Origin: Escherichia coli
Lineage (GTDB): Bacteria; Pseudomonadota; Gammaproteobacteria; Enterobacterales; Enterobacteriaceae
NCBI RefSeq assembly: GCF_016903815.1
Contig: NZ_CP069973.1
Direction: 5' to 3' (one strand)
DNA: 64,000 nt
The notes beneath the pieces are model-generated. The model did not search any database and was not told the DNA's origin. It saw only the letters and a list, made by a program, of their open reading frames with translations. The stretch's first letter is position 1, and every line of letters begins with the position of its first letter. Below are positions 23,556 through 35,482 of the stretch, piece by piece. The position numbers and the translations under genes are program-made.

Positions 23556-25354
23556 TAGTAGACATCTCGCTGATAACGGCGCTCTACGCGCAGCTCACTT
23601 AAAAATTCATCCGCCGCTTCGGTGTCCATGCCACCAAATTCGGCAATCACTTCCAGAAGTGCCTGCTCAACGTCTTTCGCCATGCGATTAGCGTCGCCGC
23701 AGACATAAATGTGGGCACCGTCATTGATCCAGCGCCACAGCTCTGCGCCCTGTTCGCGCAGTTTGTCTTGTACGTAAATTTTTTCTTTTTGATCGCGCGA
23801 CCAGGCAAGATCGATACGCGTCAGCACGCCCTCTTTGACGTAGCGCTGCCATTCCACCTGGTAGAGGAAATCTTCCGTAAAGTGCGGGTTGCCAAAGAAC
23901 AGCCAGTTTTTCCCCGGCGCTTCGTCGGCGGCGCGTTGCTGCATAAAGGCGCGGAACGGCGCGATGCCGGTGCCTGGGCCAATCATAATCACCGGCGTTT
24001 CCGGATTGGCTGGCAGGCGGAAGTTATCGTTATGTTCGATAAAGACGCGGACTTCACCCTCTTCTTCCACGCGATCCGCGAGGAAGCTGGAGGCACCACC
24101 GGCACGGGCGCGGCCTTCCACGTCGTAACGCACCACGCCAACGGTGACGTGTACTTCGTTCTCGACTTCCGCCTGCGAGGAGGCGATGGAATACAGGCGC
24201 GGGGTCAGCGGGCGCAGCAGGTTAATCAGCGCTTCGGCATCCAGTTGCGCCGGAGAGAAACGCACCATGTCGACAATCGGCGTCGTCGCGGCGTAATGCT
24301 GTAACTTCGCTTTATCGCCCACCAGCGGCAGCAGCGTTTCGCTGCGGGTAAGCGTGGCATAGTTCTCAACAATGTTGGCGGTGTTGACGGTCAGTTCGAA
24401 GTGCCACTGTAGCGCTTCGTTCAGCGGCAGGGTTTTGCCCTCAACGTTGACAGGTTCATCACCTTTCAGCCACAGCAGTTCGACAAGTTCTTTCACCAGT
24501 GCCGGATCGTTCTGATACCAGACGCCCAGCGCGTCACCCGGCTGGTAACGCAGGCCCGAGTCACCTAAGTCAATTTCGATATGGCGAACGTCTTTTTCAG
24601 AGTTACGCCCGGTAATTTTCTGGTTAACAGAGAGGCTCGCCACCAGCGGCGCGTCTTTGCTGTACGGGCTGGTGTGGATTTCATTTACCGCGCCAGTAGC
24701 GACGGATTGCGAAGGTGCCGCGACAGGCGCACGCGATTTAAGCGCATCAACCACGCGGGCGCGCCACTCGATGGCAGCAGCCTGGTATTCAACGTCGGCA
24801 TCGACACGGTCGAGCAGGCGTTCACCGCCCAGTTCCGCCAGCTTGCTGTCAAAATCTTTCCCGGACTGGCAGAAAAATTCATAAGAGCTATCGCCGAGGC
24901 TAAACACGGCAAATGCGGTGTTTTCCAGCTTCGGCGCTTTTTTGGAGAACAGGAACTTATGCAGCGCGACGGCTTCTTCCGGCGGTTCCCCTTCTCCTTG
25001 CGTTGACGTCACCACGATAAGCAGTTTTTCGCTGGCGATTTGTTTGAATTTATAGTCGCCCGCGTTCACCAGCTTAACGTTCAGTTTTGCCGCCAATAAA
25101 TCATCGCGTAATGCTTCAGCAACCCGGCGCGCATTGCCGGTTTGCGAAGCGGAGATAATAGTTATACCCGGCATTTCTGCGGCGGGCGCTGGCGTCGCTG
25201 CAAGCGCAGCTGGCTGCTGGTTGAGCACGCCCCAGAAATAGCCAGAAACCCAGGCAAGCTGGGTGGGAGTTAAATCGGTCGTGGCCGCCTGAAGGCGTGC
25301 CAGTTGCTCCGGGTTCAACGGAAGCAACGCGGAAGGTGGGACCTGTGTCGTCAT
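23555..25354 (-). CDS. cysJ: Sulfite reductase [NADPH] flavoprotein alpha subunit
   Basis: 599-aa ORF recognised as CysJ; stop overlaps cysI start. Confidence 0.97.
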   Translation of the reverse strand: MTTQVPPSALLPLNPEQLARLQAATTDLTPTQLAWVSGYFWGVLNQQPAALAATPAPAAEMPGITIISASQTGNARRVAEALRDDLLAAKLNVKLVNAGDYKFKQIASEKLLIVVTSTQGEGEPPEEAVALHKFLFSKKAPKLENTAFAVFSLGDSSYEFFCQSGKDFDSKLAELGGERLLDRVDADVEYQAAAIEWRARVVDALKSRAPVAAPSQSVATGAVNEIHTSPYSKDAPLVASLSVNQKITGRNSEKDVRHIEIDLGDSGLRYQPGDALGVWYQNDPALVKELVELLWLKGDEPVNVEGKTLPLNEALQWHFELTVNTANIVENYATLTRSETLLPLVGDKAKLQHYAATTPIVDMVRFSPAQLDAEALINLLRPLTPRLYSIASSQAEVENEVHVTVGVVRYDVEGRARAGGASSFLADRVEEEGEVRVFIEHNDNFRLPANPETPVIMIGPGTGIAPFRAFMQQRAADEAPGKNWLFFGNPHFTEDFLYQVEWQRYVKEGVLTRIDLAWSRDQKEKIYVQDKLREQGAELWRWINDGAHIYVCGDANRMAKDVEQALLEVIAEFGGMDTEAADEFLSELRVERRYQRDVY

Positions 25355-25669
25355 GCGTCGTTATGTTCCAGTAAGCAAAGCTGTTTCTGCGCCCTGTCAG
25401 CGCCCATAAAACAGAAGAGAAGATAAGGTTAACGGGGTGAACGGTGTGGATTAAAGACGGGATAGCGATAACTAATAACCAAATCGACTAACCTGTTTTA
25501 GCAATAGTCTTTAACAACAAAATAGATTAACCAACCCAATGAAAAACAAATGAATATTGCCCATCAATAAGATAAATCAGCGATTTTGCGCAACAAAGTC
25601 GTTTTAGATAATGCGAAAAAACAGCCTTTCCGGTACTCTACGGCGGTTTTATCGTCCTGTAGAGAAATT

Positions 25670-26035
25670 ATGATGTCCACCACGTTATTTAAAGATTTCA
25701 CCTTCGAAGCCGCTCACCGCTTACCACACGTCCCGGAAGGGCATAAATGTGGTCGCCTGCACGGGCATTCCTTTATGGTGCGACTGGAAATTACCGGGGA
25801 AGTCGATCCGCATACGGGCTGGATTATCGATTTCGCTGAACTGAAAGCGGCGTTTAAGCCAACCTACGAGCGCCTCGATCACCATTATCTCAATGATATT
25901 CCAGGTCTGGAAAACCCAACCAGCGAAGTTTTAGCAAAATGGATTTGGGATCAGGTTAAACCCGTTGTGCCGCTGTTAAGTGCGGTGATGGTAAAAGAAA
26001 CCTGTACTGCAGGCTGTATCTATCGCGGCGAATGA
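25670..26035 (+). CDS. queD: 6-carboxy-5,6,7,8-tetrahydropterin synthase
   Basis: Track ORF 25586..26035 trimmed to [20 protein letters not shown]..., 121 aa; recognised as QueD. Confidence 0.92.
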   Translation: MMSTTLFKDFTFEAAHRLPHVPEGHKCGRLHGHSFMVRLEITGEVDPHTGWIIDFAELKAAFKPTYERLDHHYLNDIPGLENPTSEVLAKWIWDQVKPVVPLLSAVMVKETCTAGCIYRGE

Positions 26036-26112
26036 TAAGAGTGTGTCGGCGGTCAATTTCCCTTAAGTAACGCCATGTTAGGGTGTTGTGTTCTGGATAT
26101 CTGGGGCATGAC

Positions 26113-27384
26113 ATGGAAGACAACTGCGACATTATTATTATTGGTGCCGGTATAGCAGGTACCGCTTGTGCTTTACGCTGCGCGCGGGCAGGTTTGTCCG
26201 TTCTGTTACTGGAACGCGCTGAAATCCCCGGCAGCAAAAATCTTTCCGGCGGGCGTTTATACACCCATGCGCTCGCGGAACTCCTCCCGCAATTTCATCT
26301 GACCGCGCCTCTTGAACGACGCATCACTCACGAAAGCCTTTCTCTGCTAACGCCGGATGGCGCAACGACGTTTTCCAGCTTACAGCCCGGCGGTGAATCC
26401 TGGAGTGTATTACGTGCACGGTTCGATCCGTGGCTGGTTGCCGAAGCCGAAAAAGAAGGTGTCGAATGCATCCCCGGTGCGACGGTGGATGCGCTGTATG
26501 AAGAAAACGGCAGGGTGTGTGGTGTCATTTGTGGTGACGATATTCTCCGCGCCCGTTATGTGGTGCTGGCAGAAGGTGCCAACAGCGTCCTGGCTGAACG
26601 TCACGGGTTAGTGACTCGTCCTGCTGGCGAAGCGATGGCGTTGGGGATCAAAGAAGTGCTGTCGCTGGAAACATCCGCTATTGAAGAACGTTTTCATCTG
26701 GAGAATAACGAAGGCGCAGCGTTGCTGTTCAGCGGCGGGATCTGTGATGACTTACCCGGCGGCGCATTTCTTTATACTAATCAACAAACGCTCTCGTTAG
26801 GGATTGTTTGCCCGCTCTCTTCCCTTACGCAAAGTCGTGTTCCGGCAAGCGAGCTGCTGGCTCGCTTTAAAACGCATCCGGCAGTGCGCCCGCTTATCAA
26901 AAACACGGAATCACTGGAGTATGGTGCGCATCTGGTGCCAGAAGGTGGCTTGCACAGTATGCCGGTGCAATACGCCGGTAACGGCTGGCTGCTGCTGGGC
27001 GATGCGTTGCGCAGTTGCGTCAATACCGGAATTTCCGTGCGCGGCATGGATATGGCGCTAACTGGCGCGCAGGCGGCGGCACAAACGCTGATAAGCGCCT
27101 GCCAGCACCGCGAGCCGCAAAATCTGTTTCCGCTTTATCATCACAACGTCGAGCGCAGCCTGCTATGGGATGTTCTACAACGTTATCAGCATGTTCCGGC
27201 GCTTTTGCAACGCCCTGGCTGGTACCGTGCGTGGCCTGCGTTAATGCAGGATATTTCCCGCGATTTATGGGATCAGGGTGATAAACCTGTTCCACCGCTG
27301 CGCCAGTTATTCTGGCGTCATTTACGTCGTCACGGCCTGTGGCATCTGGCGGGCGATGTTATCAGGAGTCTGCGATGTCTGTAG
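26113..27384 (+). CDS. ygcN: FAD-dependent oxidoreductase, FixC/ETF-QO-like (YgcN)
   Basis: Track ORF 26083..27384 trimmed to MEDNCDIIIIGAGIAG... (Rossmann GxGxxG), about 423 aa. Symbol from K-12 gene order. Confidence 0.85.
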   Translation: MEDNCDIIIIGAGIAGTACALRCARAGLSVLLLERAEIPGSKNLSGGRLYTHALAELLPQFHLTAPLERRITHESLSLLTPDGATTFSSLQPGGESWSVLRARFDPWLVAEAEKEGVECIPGATVDALYEENGRVCGVICGDDILRARYVVLAEGANSVLAERHGLVTRPAGEAMALGIKEVLSLETSAIEERFHLENNEGAALLFSGGICDDLPGGAFLYTNQQTLSLGIVCPLSSLTQSRVPASELLARFKTHPAVRPLIKNTESLEYGAHLVPEGGLHSMPVQYAGNGWLLLGDALRSCVNTGISVRGMDMALTGAQAAAQTLISACQHREPQNLFPLYHHNVERSLLWDVLQRYQHVPALLQRPGWYRAWPALMQDISRDLWDQGDKPVPPLRQLFWRHLRRHGLWHLAGDVIRSLRCL

Positions 27385-27635
27385 CCCGTAATCTCTGGCG
27401 CGTTGCCGATGCGCCGCACATTGTTCCGGCTGACTCCGTTGAGCGCCAGACGGTACAACGGTTGATTAACGCTTGTCCGGCTGGTCTTTTTTCGCTCACA
27501 CCGGAAGGTGACTTACGCGTTGATTATCGCGGCTGCCTGGAGTGTGGCACCTGCCGTTTGCTGTGCGACGAATCAACACTACAACAGTGGCGCTATCCGC
27601 CTTCCGGATTCGGCATCACCTACCGCTTTGGATAA
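27375..27635 (+). CDS. ygcO: Ferredoxin-like protein, FixX-like (YgcO)
   Basis: Track ORF 27339..27635 trimmed to MSVARNLWR..., about 86 aa; Cys cluster CLECGTCRLLC; start overlaps ygcN stop. Confidence 0.8.
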   Translation: MSVARNLWRVADAPHIVPADSVERQTVQRLINACPAGLFSLTPEGDLRVDYRGCLECGTCRLLCDESTLQQWRYPPSGFGITYRFG

Positions 27636-27651
27636 ATAATAAGGATAATTT

Positions 27652-28227
27652 ATGCCCCTCTTACACCTGCTCCGCCAGAATCCGGTGATTGCTGCCGTTA
27701 AAGATAATGCCAGCCTGCAACTGGCAATCGATTCTGAATGCCAGTTTATTTCAGTGTTGTACGGCAATATCTGCACCATCAGTAATATCGTTAAAAAGAT
27801 TAAAAACGCCGGAAAATATGCCTTTATTCATGTTGATTTGCTGGAAGGCGCATCGAACAAAGAAGTGGTGATTCAGTTTCTGAAACTGGTGACCGAGGCG
27901 GACGGCATTATCAGCACGAAAGCATCGATGCTGAAAGCGGCAAGAGCGGAAGGTTTTTTCTGTATTCATCGCCTGTTTATTGTTGATTCGATTTCGTTTC
28001 ACAACATTGATAAGCAAGTTGCGCAATCGAATCCGGATTGTATTGAGATCCTGCCAGGCTGTATGCCTAAAGTGCTGGGCTGGGTGACGGAGAAAATCCG
28101 CCAACCGCTGATTGCCGGCGGGCTGGTGTGCGATGAAGAAGATGCGCGTAATGCGATTAACGCGGGTGTTGTGGCGCTTTCCACCACGAATACCGGGGTC
28201 TGGACGTTAGCGAAAAAATTGCTTTGA
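27652..28227 (+). CDS. ygcP: GlpP-like glycerol-3-phosphate-responsive antiterminator family protein (YgcP)
   Basis: 191-aa ORF at the K-12 ygcP position. Family assignment is from memory of the K-12 annotation. Confidence 0.75.
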   Translation: MPLLHLLRQNPVIAAVKDNASLQLAIDSECQFISVLYGNICTISNIVKKIKNAGKYAFIHVDLLEGASNKEVVIQFLKLVTEADGIISTKASMLKAARAEGFFCIHRLFIVDSISFHNIDKQVAQSNPDCIEILPGCMPKVLGWVTEKIRQPLIAGGLVCDEEDARNAINAGVVALSTTNTGVWTLAKKLL

Positions 28228-28290
28228 CGGGATACTCGTAACGAGTTGAATTTGTGTGATTTGTAGGCTGCACGCCACATCCGACATTCA

Positions 28291-28310
28291 GCGCCTGATG
28301 CGACGCTTGA
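28291..28310. repeat. Left half of a REP palindrome disrupted by IS insertion
   Basis: gcgcctgatgcgacgcTTGA immediately left of the IS; joined to the right half it rebuilds a typical REP. Confidence 0.75.
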
Positions 28311-28840
28311 TGAACTGCACCCCAAATGTTGGACATAATCTGACATCTGAAGGTGCAGTTTATGAAACATTCATTTGAAGTAAAACTTGCCGCTGTAAAT
28401 CATTACCTGGCTGGTCATGCAGGCATCATTTCTACGGCAAAACTCTTTCAACTTTCTCACACCAGCCTCTCACACTGGATTAATCTTTTTCTTCTTCACG
28501 GTCCTCGGGCACTGGATTGCAGACACAAGCGTAGCTATTCTCCTGAAGATAAACTTTGCGTGGTTCTTTATGCTCTCGGGCATTCTGAGTCTCTACCCCG
28601 GGTAGCTGCCCGGTTTAACATTCCCAGCCACAACACGGTTAAAAACTGGATAAAAGGCTACCGCAAATCTGGTAATGAGGCCTTTATCAGGCGCAGGAAG
28701 GAGAAAAGCATGACCCGTTCTGATGATACCCATGAAAACGAGGCAAACATGACGCCGGAAGAGATGAAGAATGAGCTACGTTATCTTCGCGCAGAAAATG
28801 CATATCTGAAAGCCATGCAGGAGCATCTCCTGGAAAAAAA

Positions 28841-29761
<921 letters not shown>

Positions 29762-29809
29762 TTACAAGTCCCCAGCCCGAAACCGTAGGCAGGATCATCC
29801 GGCTGCACG

Positions 29810-30670
29810 TTATTGGCATTCTGCGTGAATGTTTGTCACCAGTGCCTCCAGCACCACTTTCCAGTCATCAACCACGCCAACATCTGCCTGTGAAAATACC
29901 GCTGCGCTGGCGTCATGATTAATCGCCACCACAAACTTGCTATTGCGTACGCCCGCCATTAACGCTGCTGCGCCGGAAGCGCCAACAACAATACACACCT
30001 CAGGTGCCAGCAGATGTCCAGAAATACCAATCACTTTTTCGGCATCAACGCCACCGTTCATCACTCGTGCCCGACTGTAGCCCACTTCGGCTCCCAGCTT
30101 TTCTGCCAGCATAGCGATTTCCTGGTTATCTGCCTCTCCGCCCTGCCCCACCACCAGCACCCGTCTGGCCTCAGCTAATGGGTCGCGGGTAACATTTTTC
30201 AGGTTTTCTATGCTAACCAGCCAGTCGGGAAGCGCACCTGGGACAATGTTCAGTTGCTGCATACCAGAGGGCAACGTGGCGTTTTTATCTGCTCCCGCCT
30301 GACGTGCCAGCGAAAGGCATAGCGGGCGTTTTTCTGTTTGCAGCGTCGCCGTTAGCGCATTTCCCCAGTGGGATTTGCGCACGCTTACGGTTGGAATATC
30401 TAACGAAGTCACCTGGCAGATGCTTGCACCATGTAAACGCCAGGCCAGCCGGGTCGACAGTTCATCGCCAAACGTTCCCGGCGGAAAGAGAACAACGTCC
30501 GCTGGCGTTCGCTGCCACTGTTCCACCAGCGCATCCAGCACCTGTTCCGCCACAGCGGGCTGAGGTTCAATCTTCCAGTGCGCCAGGGTACAACCGCTGA
30601 AATCCTGCGCCGCCTGCCAGCTCGCTGTTGCGGCATTCTCCTGATTTATTGTCACAATTGCGATATTCAT
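29810..30670 (-). CDS. ygcQ: Electron transfer flavoprotein alpha-subunit-like (FixB-like) YgcQ
   Basis: Track ORF 29810..30703 trimmed to MNIAIVTIN..., about 286 aa. Symbol from K-12 gene order. Confidence 0.82.
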   Translation of the reverse strand: MNIAIVTINQENAATASWQAAQDFSGCTLAHWKIEPQPAVAEQVLDALVEQWQRTPADVVLFPPGTFGDELSTRLAWRLHGASICQVTSLDIPTVSVRKSHWGNALTATLQTEKRPLCLSLARQAGADKNATLPSGMQQLNIVPGALPDWLVSIENLKNVTRDPLAEARRVLVVGQGGEADNQEIAMLAEKLGAEVGYSRARVMNGGVDAEKVIGISGHLLAPEVCIVVGASGAAALMAGVRNSKFVVAINHDASAAVFSQADVGVVDDWKVVLEALVTNIHAECQ

Positions 30671-31446
30671 GGCTGCATCCTTTGGCGTAAATAGTCCTGC
30701 CATAGCTTTTGCGCTTTTTCTGCTACCGTTTGCCCATCAATCAGCGTCGCTCCGCGTTGTTGCTCTGCTCTTGCCAGTTGCAGACACTGCATCGCTGGCG
30801 ATTCGGCAGCAACAGTTTTACGGATAATTGCTGCTTTCCCCACCGCCATTCGCTGACGCATTCCCGGTACTGGCAAGGCCACTTCACCGCACTGACGCAC
30901 GGCAATCACCGCAGGCAAGCGAACCCGGCAACAGCGCAGCCCGTTTTCAGTACGCTGTTCAAGGGTGATAAACGGCGCGTCGAGAGTAAAACGCTCCACC
31001 TGGGTGAAGCAGGGCCAGCCCAGCATTTCCGCCAGCAAAAATGGCGTTTGCCCATTCTGCCCTTCGCTGCTTTGGCAGCCAGTAATTATCAGCTCCAGCG
31101 GATTCTGGTACTGCCATTCGGCAATATGGCGAGCGACAAATTCCGGCGCAAAGCGCAGATCTGCCGCCGTCTCCAGCAATACAGCTTCCTCAAACCCAAG
31201 AGCCATAAGATAGCGCAGCCAGTGCAACGCCCGTTCATCCCCCATGCTCAACGCGGTTAAAGACATCGACGTACCGTTTTTTCTCTGCGCCAACAGCAGC
31301 GCGGCGGCAGCCTGTTCATCAGCACCGAGCAAACTTCGCAGAAGCGAAACATCCGGTCCGCTATTACCCTGAGCCGCCGCCTGCCACTCTTTTTCCGCCA
31401 GCATTCCGGCATCCGGTTCGGCTTTAAACGCTAACAGAATGTTCAT
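30667..31446 (-). CDS. ygcR: Electron transfer flavoprotein beta-subunit-like (FixA-like) YgcR
   Basis: Track ORF 30667..31461 trimmed to MNILLAFKAEPD..., about 259 aa; stop overlaps ygcQ start. Confidence 0.82.
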   Translation of the reverse strand: MNILLAFKAEPDAGMLAEKEWQAAAQGNSGPDVSLLRSLLGADEQAAAALLLAQRKNGTSMSLTALSMGDERALHWLRYLMALGFEEAVLLETAADLRFAPEFVARHIAEWQYQNPLELIITGCQSSEGQNGQTPFLLAEMLGWPCFTQVERFTLDAPFITLEQRTENGLRCCRVRLPAVIAVRQCGEVALPVPGMRQRMAVGKAAIIRKTVAAESPAMQCLQLARAEQQRGATLIDGQTVAEKAQKLWQDYLRQRMQP

Positions 31447-32761
31447 TCGCACCTCCAACATTTCCCGCCGCCACCAGCGGGAGTGCTTTGGTTTCTGGTG
31501 CCCATAGCCAGGTCACGACAAAACCAACCAACAACACTGCCGCCAGGAGCAATAAGGTGACTTGCATTCCCCACTGCGCCAGCACCCACGGCAGCAGGCC
31601 AGTACTTACCGCCGCGCCCAACCGACTCATGGCGGTGGCAAAACCGACGCCCAGCGAGCGAATGTCAGTAGGAAAACTTTCCGCAGGCAAAATGCCCACC
31701 AGATTACTGACTGCCGAAATGGTGGTGCTGAAGAGAACAAAAAGCAGCAGCGTTAATGAACTGCCGGAAGGCAAACAAGCCATCACTACCAGCGTTGCCG
31801 CCAGCAGCAAAAAACTTCCCAGCAAAAATTTGCGATGTGCCAGCAGGTGCGTCAGAACTAATCCCAGCAGCGCACCCACAATTAACAACGCATTAAGCAT
31901 CAGGCTAGCGGTCAACGCATCTTCCAGACCAATAGTCTGGGCGATAGTTGGCAGCCAGGTATAAATCACAAACCATGGGATTACGAGGCAGACAAAGAAG
32001 ACGCTGTTAAACGCTGTGCGCCGCCAGTAGCGCGAAGAGAACAAGGTTTTGATGTGTTTATGGGTCGCCGTTGCCACTTCATCGCCCAGTAAAACATGGG
32101 GACCAAAATAGCGATGCACGATAGCGTGAGCTTCTGCAAAACGCCCCTGGCGCAGTAGCCAGCGTGGCGATTCTGGCGTTCCCCAGCGTAATAACGTAAT
32201 CAACAATGCGGGCAGAGCTGCCGATGCCAGCAGCCAGCGCCAGGCCTCCGGGCTTTCGCTAATAAAGTGATGTCCGGCAATACTTGCCAGCACATAGCCT
32301 ACAGTCCACACCACGCTGAACGCGCCCAGCAAAATACCGCGGTGGCGGCGCGGGGAAAATTCAGCCAGCAAGGTGTGACCGACTGAGTAATCGCCTCCCA
32401 GACCAATGCCAATCAAAATGCGCAGTCCAATAAGATGCTCTGGCGTGGTGGCAAAAAATTGTAAAAACGAAGCAAGCGTAATCAGCAAAAAGCTGAAGGT
32501 GAAGATTTTTTGTCGCCCAATATGGTCGGAGATCCAGCCCAGAACCAGGCTGCCAAGAAACAAACCAAGGAGTGCTGAGCCGCCAATCATTCCCGCCATA
32601 AACGGCGTCAGTTGCATGGCGGGCGTAAGCTGAATAATGGCGTAACCAATGACGCCGAGGACATAACCGTCGGTCAGGTGTGCGCCGAAAGTGAGCGCAG
32701 CAATGCGGCAGTGAAAACGGTTAAGTGGTAAATCATCCATTCGCACCGGTGAAGTGTTCAT
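31424..32761 (-). CDS. ygcS: MFS-superfamily transporter (sugar-porter-like) YgcS
   Basis: Track ORF 31424..32833 trimmed to MNTSPVRMDDLPLNRF..., about 445 aa; multi-pass hydrophobic. Confidence 0.85.
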   Translation of the reverse strand: MNTSPVRMDDLPLNRFHCRIAALTFGAHLTDGYVLGVIGYAIIQLTPAMQLTPFMAGMIGGSALLGLFLGSLVLGWISDHIGRQKIFTFSFLLITLASFLQFFATTPEHLIGLRILIGIGLGGDYSVGHTLLAEFSPRRHRGILLGAFSVVWTVGYVLASIAGHHFISESPEAWRWLLASAALPALLITLLRWGTPESPRWLLRQGRFAEAHAIVHRYFGPHVLLGDEVATATHKHIKTLFSSRYWRRTAFNSVFFVCLVIPWFVIYTWLPTIAQTIGLEDALTASLMLNALLIVGALLGLVLTHLLAHRKFLLGSFLLLAATLVVMACLPSGSSLTLLLFVLFSTTISAVSNLVGILPAESFPTDIRSLGVGFATAMSRLGAAVSTGLLPWVLAQWGMQVTLLLLAAVLLVGFVVTWLWAPETKALPLVAAGNVGGANEHSVSV

Positions 32762-32854
32762 CTTTATCCCTTCATTGTCCGGTAATAAGAACGGCTTCTC
32801 GCCTGAGAAGCCGAAAAGGCAACGCCCCGTCATCGCGGAACGCTGCCTGACACA

Positions 32855-34309
32855 TTATTTTTCAATCGGATAGATAGTACCCGTATTCATAATGCCGTTA
32901 GGATCGAACTGCTTTTTCAGACCTTCCAGCAACGTCCACGCGCTGCCGTGTTCCAGCTTGCTCCAGTGAACGCGATGTTTACCAATGCCGTGGTGGTGCA
33001 CCATCGAACCACCGAGGCGAATGGTTTCTTCGCAGATGATTTTGTTGAGCGGATTGTGGTACTTGTCGATTTCCTCTTCCGGCTTACAGTCAACAACGTT
33101 GTAGTCGTAAACGAAGTACATGTTGGTGCCGTTCTGGTAGCTGTGAGAGGAGTGACCGCCCAGCATGGTGATGTCGTCGGCGTGCGGGAACTCGGTACGA
33201 ATACGGTTAATAACGCTTTCGTAGATTTCGTGAATGCAGCTCCAGCAGCCGGACACTTCGGTGGTAAAGCCCATGTTGCCGGTTTTGAGGATCTGCACAC
33301 GTTCGGCAGCTACTTTATCCGGTCCCCAGTTCAGGTTGTTAAACCAGGTTTCGATCAGCTTGCTGTCCACTCGCTGGCATTGCGGGTAACGTGCCACGAT
33401 TTCAGCAATCCCTTCGCCCGTCGCCTTCGCAATGCGAGGGTTACCTTCAGCCATAAAGATCAGCACGCATTTTCCGTCAGCAAAATGGGTGAAGTGTTGG
33501 GTGCCATCTTCAGCGTCATACAAACGAGCGATCGACGGACGATACCCTTCCACCATGATTTCACGCAGGATGTTGAAGCCGGTTTTCATGTCTTCCAGGA
33601 TATAGCCGTAGAAGAGGTTGTTTTCCGGGGTGAACTTAAAGATTTTCACAGTTACTTCAGTGATATAGCACAATGCACCTTCGTTGCCGATGATGATGTG
33701 ACGAATGTCCGGGCCTGCCGCGCGGCGTGGTACGTTTTTAATGCGTGTTACGGTGCCATCAGCCAATACTGCTTCCAGACCAACGACCATATCTTCGATT
33801 GCGCCGTAGAGTGTGGAGAACTGCCCGATACTGCGGGTTGCTACCAGGCCGCCCATCTGCGCCAGCGGCTTTGACTGCGGAGAATGCCCCGTGGTGTAAC
33901 CTTTTTCACGCAACGCGTTTTCCAGCACTTCCAGCGGAACTCCGCATTGCGCCGTGGCCTGCATATTCTCAATATCAATATTAATGATTTGATTCATGGC
34001 AGAGCCGTCGAGCACCACCGAGTTTTCCACAACGGTTTCCAGCCCACCTTCGGTAGCGGAAGCACCGGTACGCGGCACACCGTTAATTTTGTGCGCATTC
34101 ATAAAATTCAGCACACGGGATACTTGTTCTGTGGAACCGAGTTTTACGACCGCTGCCGGAATCGGCAAAGTATAAATGCCATGAATATCCGGAAATTTGC
34201 GAAAACGGTCAATACTGTTCTTCTTTAATACTGTTTCATCGGTAATTACGCGATCTGCACCAACAATTTCCTTTAGCTGGTCGACAATCGCTGCGCGAGA
34301 TAAAGACAT
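32855..34309 (-). CDS. ygcU: FAD-linked oxidase (alkyl-DHAP-synthase/glycolate-oxidase-like) YgcU
   Basis: 484-aa ORF at the K-12 ygcU position. Family assignment is from memory of the K-12 annotation. Confidence 0.82.
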   Translation of the reverse strand: MSLSRAAIVDQLKEIVGADRVITDETVLKKNSIDRFRKFPDIHGIYTLPIPAAVVKLGSTEQVSRVLNFMNAHKINGVPRTGASATEGGLETVVENSVVLDGSAMNQIINIDIENMQATAQCGVPLEVLENALREKGYTTGHSPQSKPLAQMGGLVATRSIGQFSTLYGAIEDMVVGLEAVLADGTVTRIKNVPRRAAGPDIRHIIIGNEGALCYITEVTVKIFKFTPENNLFYGYILEDMKTGFNILREIMVEGYRPSIARLYDAEDGTQHFTHFADGKCVLIFMAEGNPRIAKATGEGIAEIVARYPQCQRVDSKLIETWFNNLNWGPDKVAAERVQILKTGNMGFTTEVSGCWSCIHEIYESVINRIRTEFPHADDITMLGGHSSHSYQNGTNMYFVYDYNVVDCKPEEEIDKYHNPLNKIICEETIRLGGSMVHHHGIGKHRVHWSKLEHGSAWTLLEGLKKQFDPNGIMNTGTIYPIEK

Positions 34310-34378
34310 AGTAATTCCTTCCTGATAATAAAAATGGAATAATCATTAATAAGAGAAAACAGAAACCACCGTTATGGA

Positions 34379-35164
34379 TTAGCGCACTAAATAACCACCA
34401 TCAACCACTAATAAATGTCCGTTGACATAATTCGATGCCGGACTTGCGAGGAATACGGCTGCGCCCATTAAATCCTGAGTATCGCCCCAACGGTTTGCCG
34501 GAATATGATCAAGAACGCGCTGATTGGTTTCTGGATTACTGCGTGTCGCCAGCGTAATATCTGTTGCATAATAGCCAGGGGCAATACCATTTACCTGAAT
34601 ATTATATTGACCTAGTTCATCACAGTAAGCTTTGGTGAATCCGGCAAGAGCATGTTTAGTGGCAGAATATGCAGGTGACCATTGTCCACCTAAGTAAGAG
34701 AATAATGAACAGATATTAATGATTTTACCGCTTTTCTGCGGGATCATAATTTTTGCAGCTTCATAGCTTAACTCGAATGCGGCGGTCAGGTTCACATCAA
34801 TCATCGGGTCCCAGTCGGCACGACCGAAGTCCAGCACCTTATTCAGCTTACAAATACCGGCATTGTTAATCAGAATATCGACGGTACCGAAACGTTCGCA
34901 ACAGGCGGCGATTATCTTCTGCGGCGCTCCTTCTGCGGTGATATCCACCTGCATGAAGTCCACCTCAACACCCTGTTTTTCAATCATTTCCTTTGTTTCG
35001 CCGTTATCTTTAACGAAGCTTGGAATAAAGATATTTGCGCCTGCTTTGGCCAGCGCCATGGCAAATGCCTGGCCTAAACCGCTATTCCCGCCGGTAACAA
35101 TTGCGGTTTTACCTTTCAGGGAGAAAAAATCCATTGAGAGCGCATTGAGAGATTCGATTGACAT
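34379..35164 (-). CDS. ygcW: Short-chain dehydrogenase/reductase YgcW
   Basis: Track ORF 34379..35239 trimmed to MSIESLNALSMDFF..., about 261 aa; SDR motifs TGGNSGLG and YSATKHA. Confidence 0.88.
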   Translation of the reverse strand: MSIESLNALSMDFFSLKGKTAIVTGGNSGLGQAFAMALAKAGANIFIPSFVKDNGETKEMIEKQGVEVDFMQVDITAEGAPQKIIAACCERFGTVDILINNAGICKLNKVLDFGRADWDPMIDVNLTAAFELSYEAAKIMIPQKSGKIINICSLFSYLGGQWSPAYSATKHALAGFTKAYCDELGQYNIQVNGIAPGYYATDITLATRSNPETNQRVLDHIPANRWGDTQDLMGAAVFLASPASNYVNGHLLVVDGGYLVR

Positions 35165-35482
35165 AGTTAGCTCCAATTTCCGTAAGGCAAAAAAAAAGAA
35201 AGGTAACTTCCCCCGCGAGAGGGAAGTTACCTTTCTCATTATCTCTGGTAACTGGAGATAATTTTTATCATAAGGGCATAATCGCTAATGTGATCGTAAT
35301 CACAGTGTGATATTCGAATTGTCAAATAATTTTAAAAAGCAGAAGCGTGATTACTCTCACACAACACCACTGCTTTCCATGTTATTTCTTATTGCAATTA
35401 CTAGAGACCTGAGAAAAGTAATCCACCTGAAAGGGCGGCTTACTTTTCTCTTTTTTTTGTCTATTACAAATGGGAATACGAT

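Noticed and set aside
32948-33874. 308-aa plus-strand ORF inside ygcU
   Set aside because: Antisense shadow ORF of ygcU with no recognisable domain. The same reasoning applies to 41427..42656 (inside eno), 53314..54240 (gudD), 54237..54947 (gudX), 22398..23060 (cysI), 23711..24304 (cysJ), 17326..17931 (cse1) and 17..613 (rpoS).
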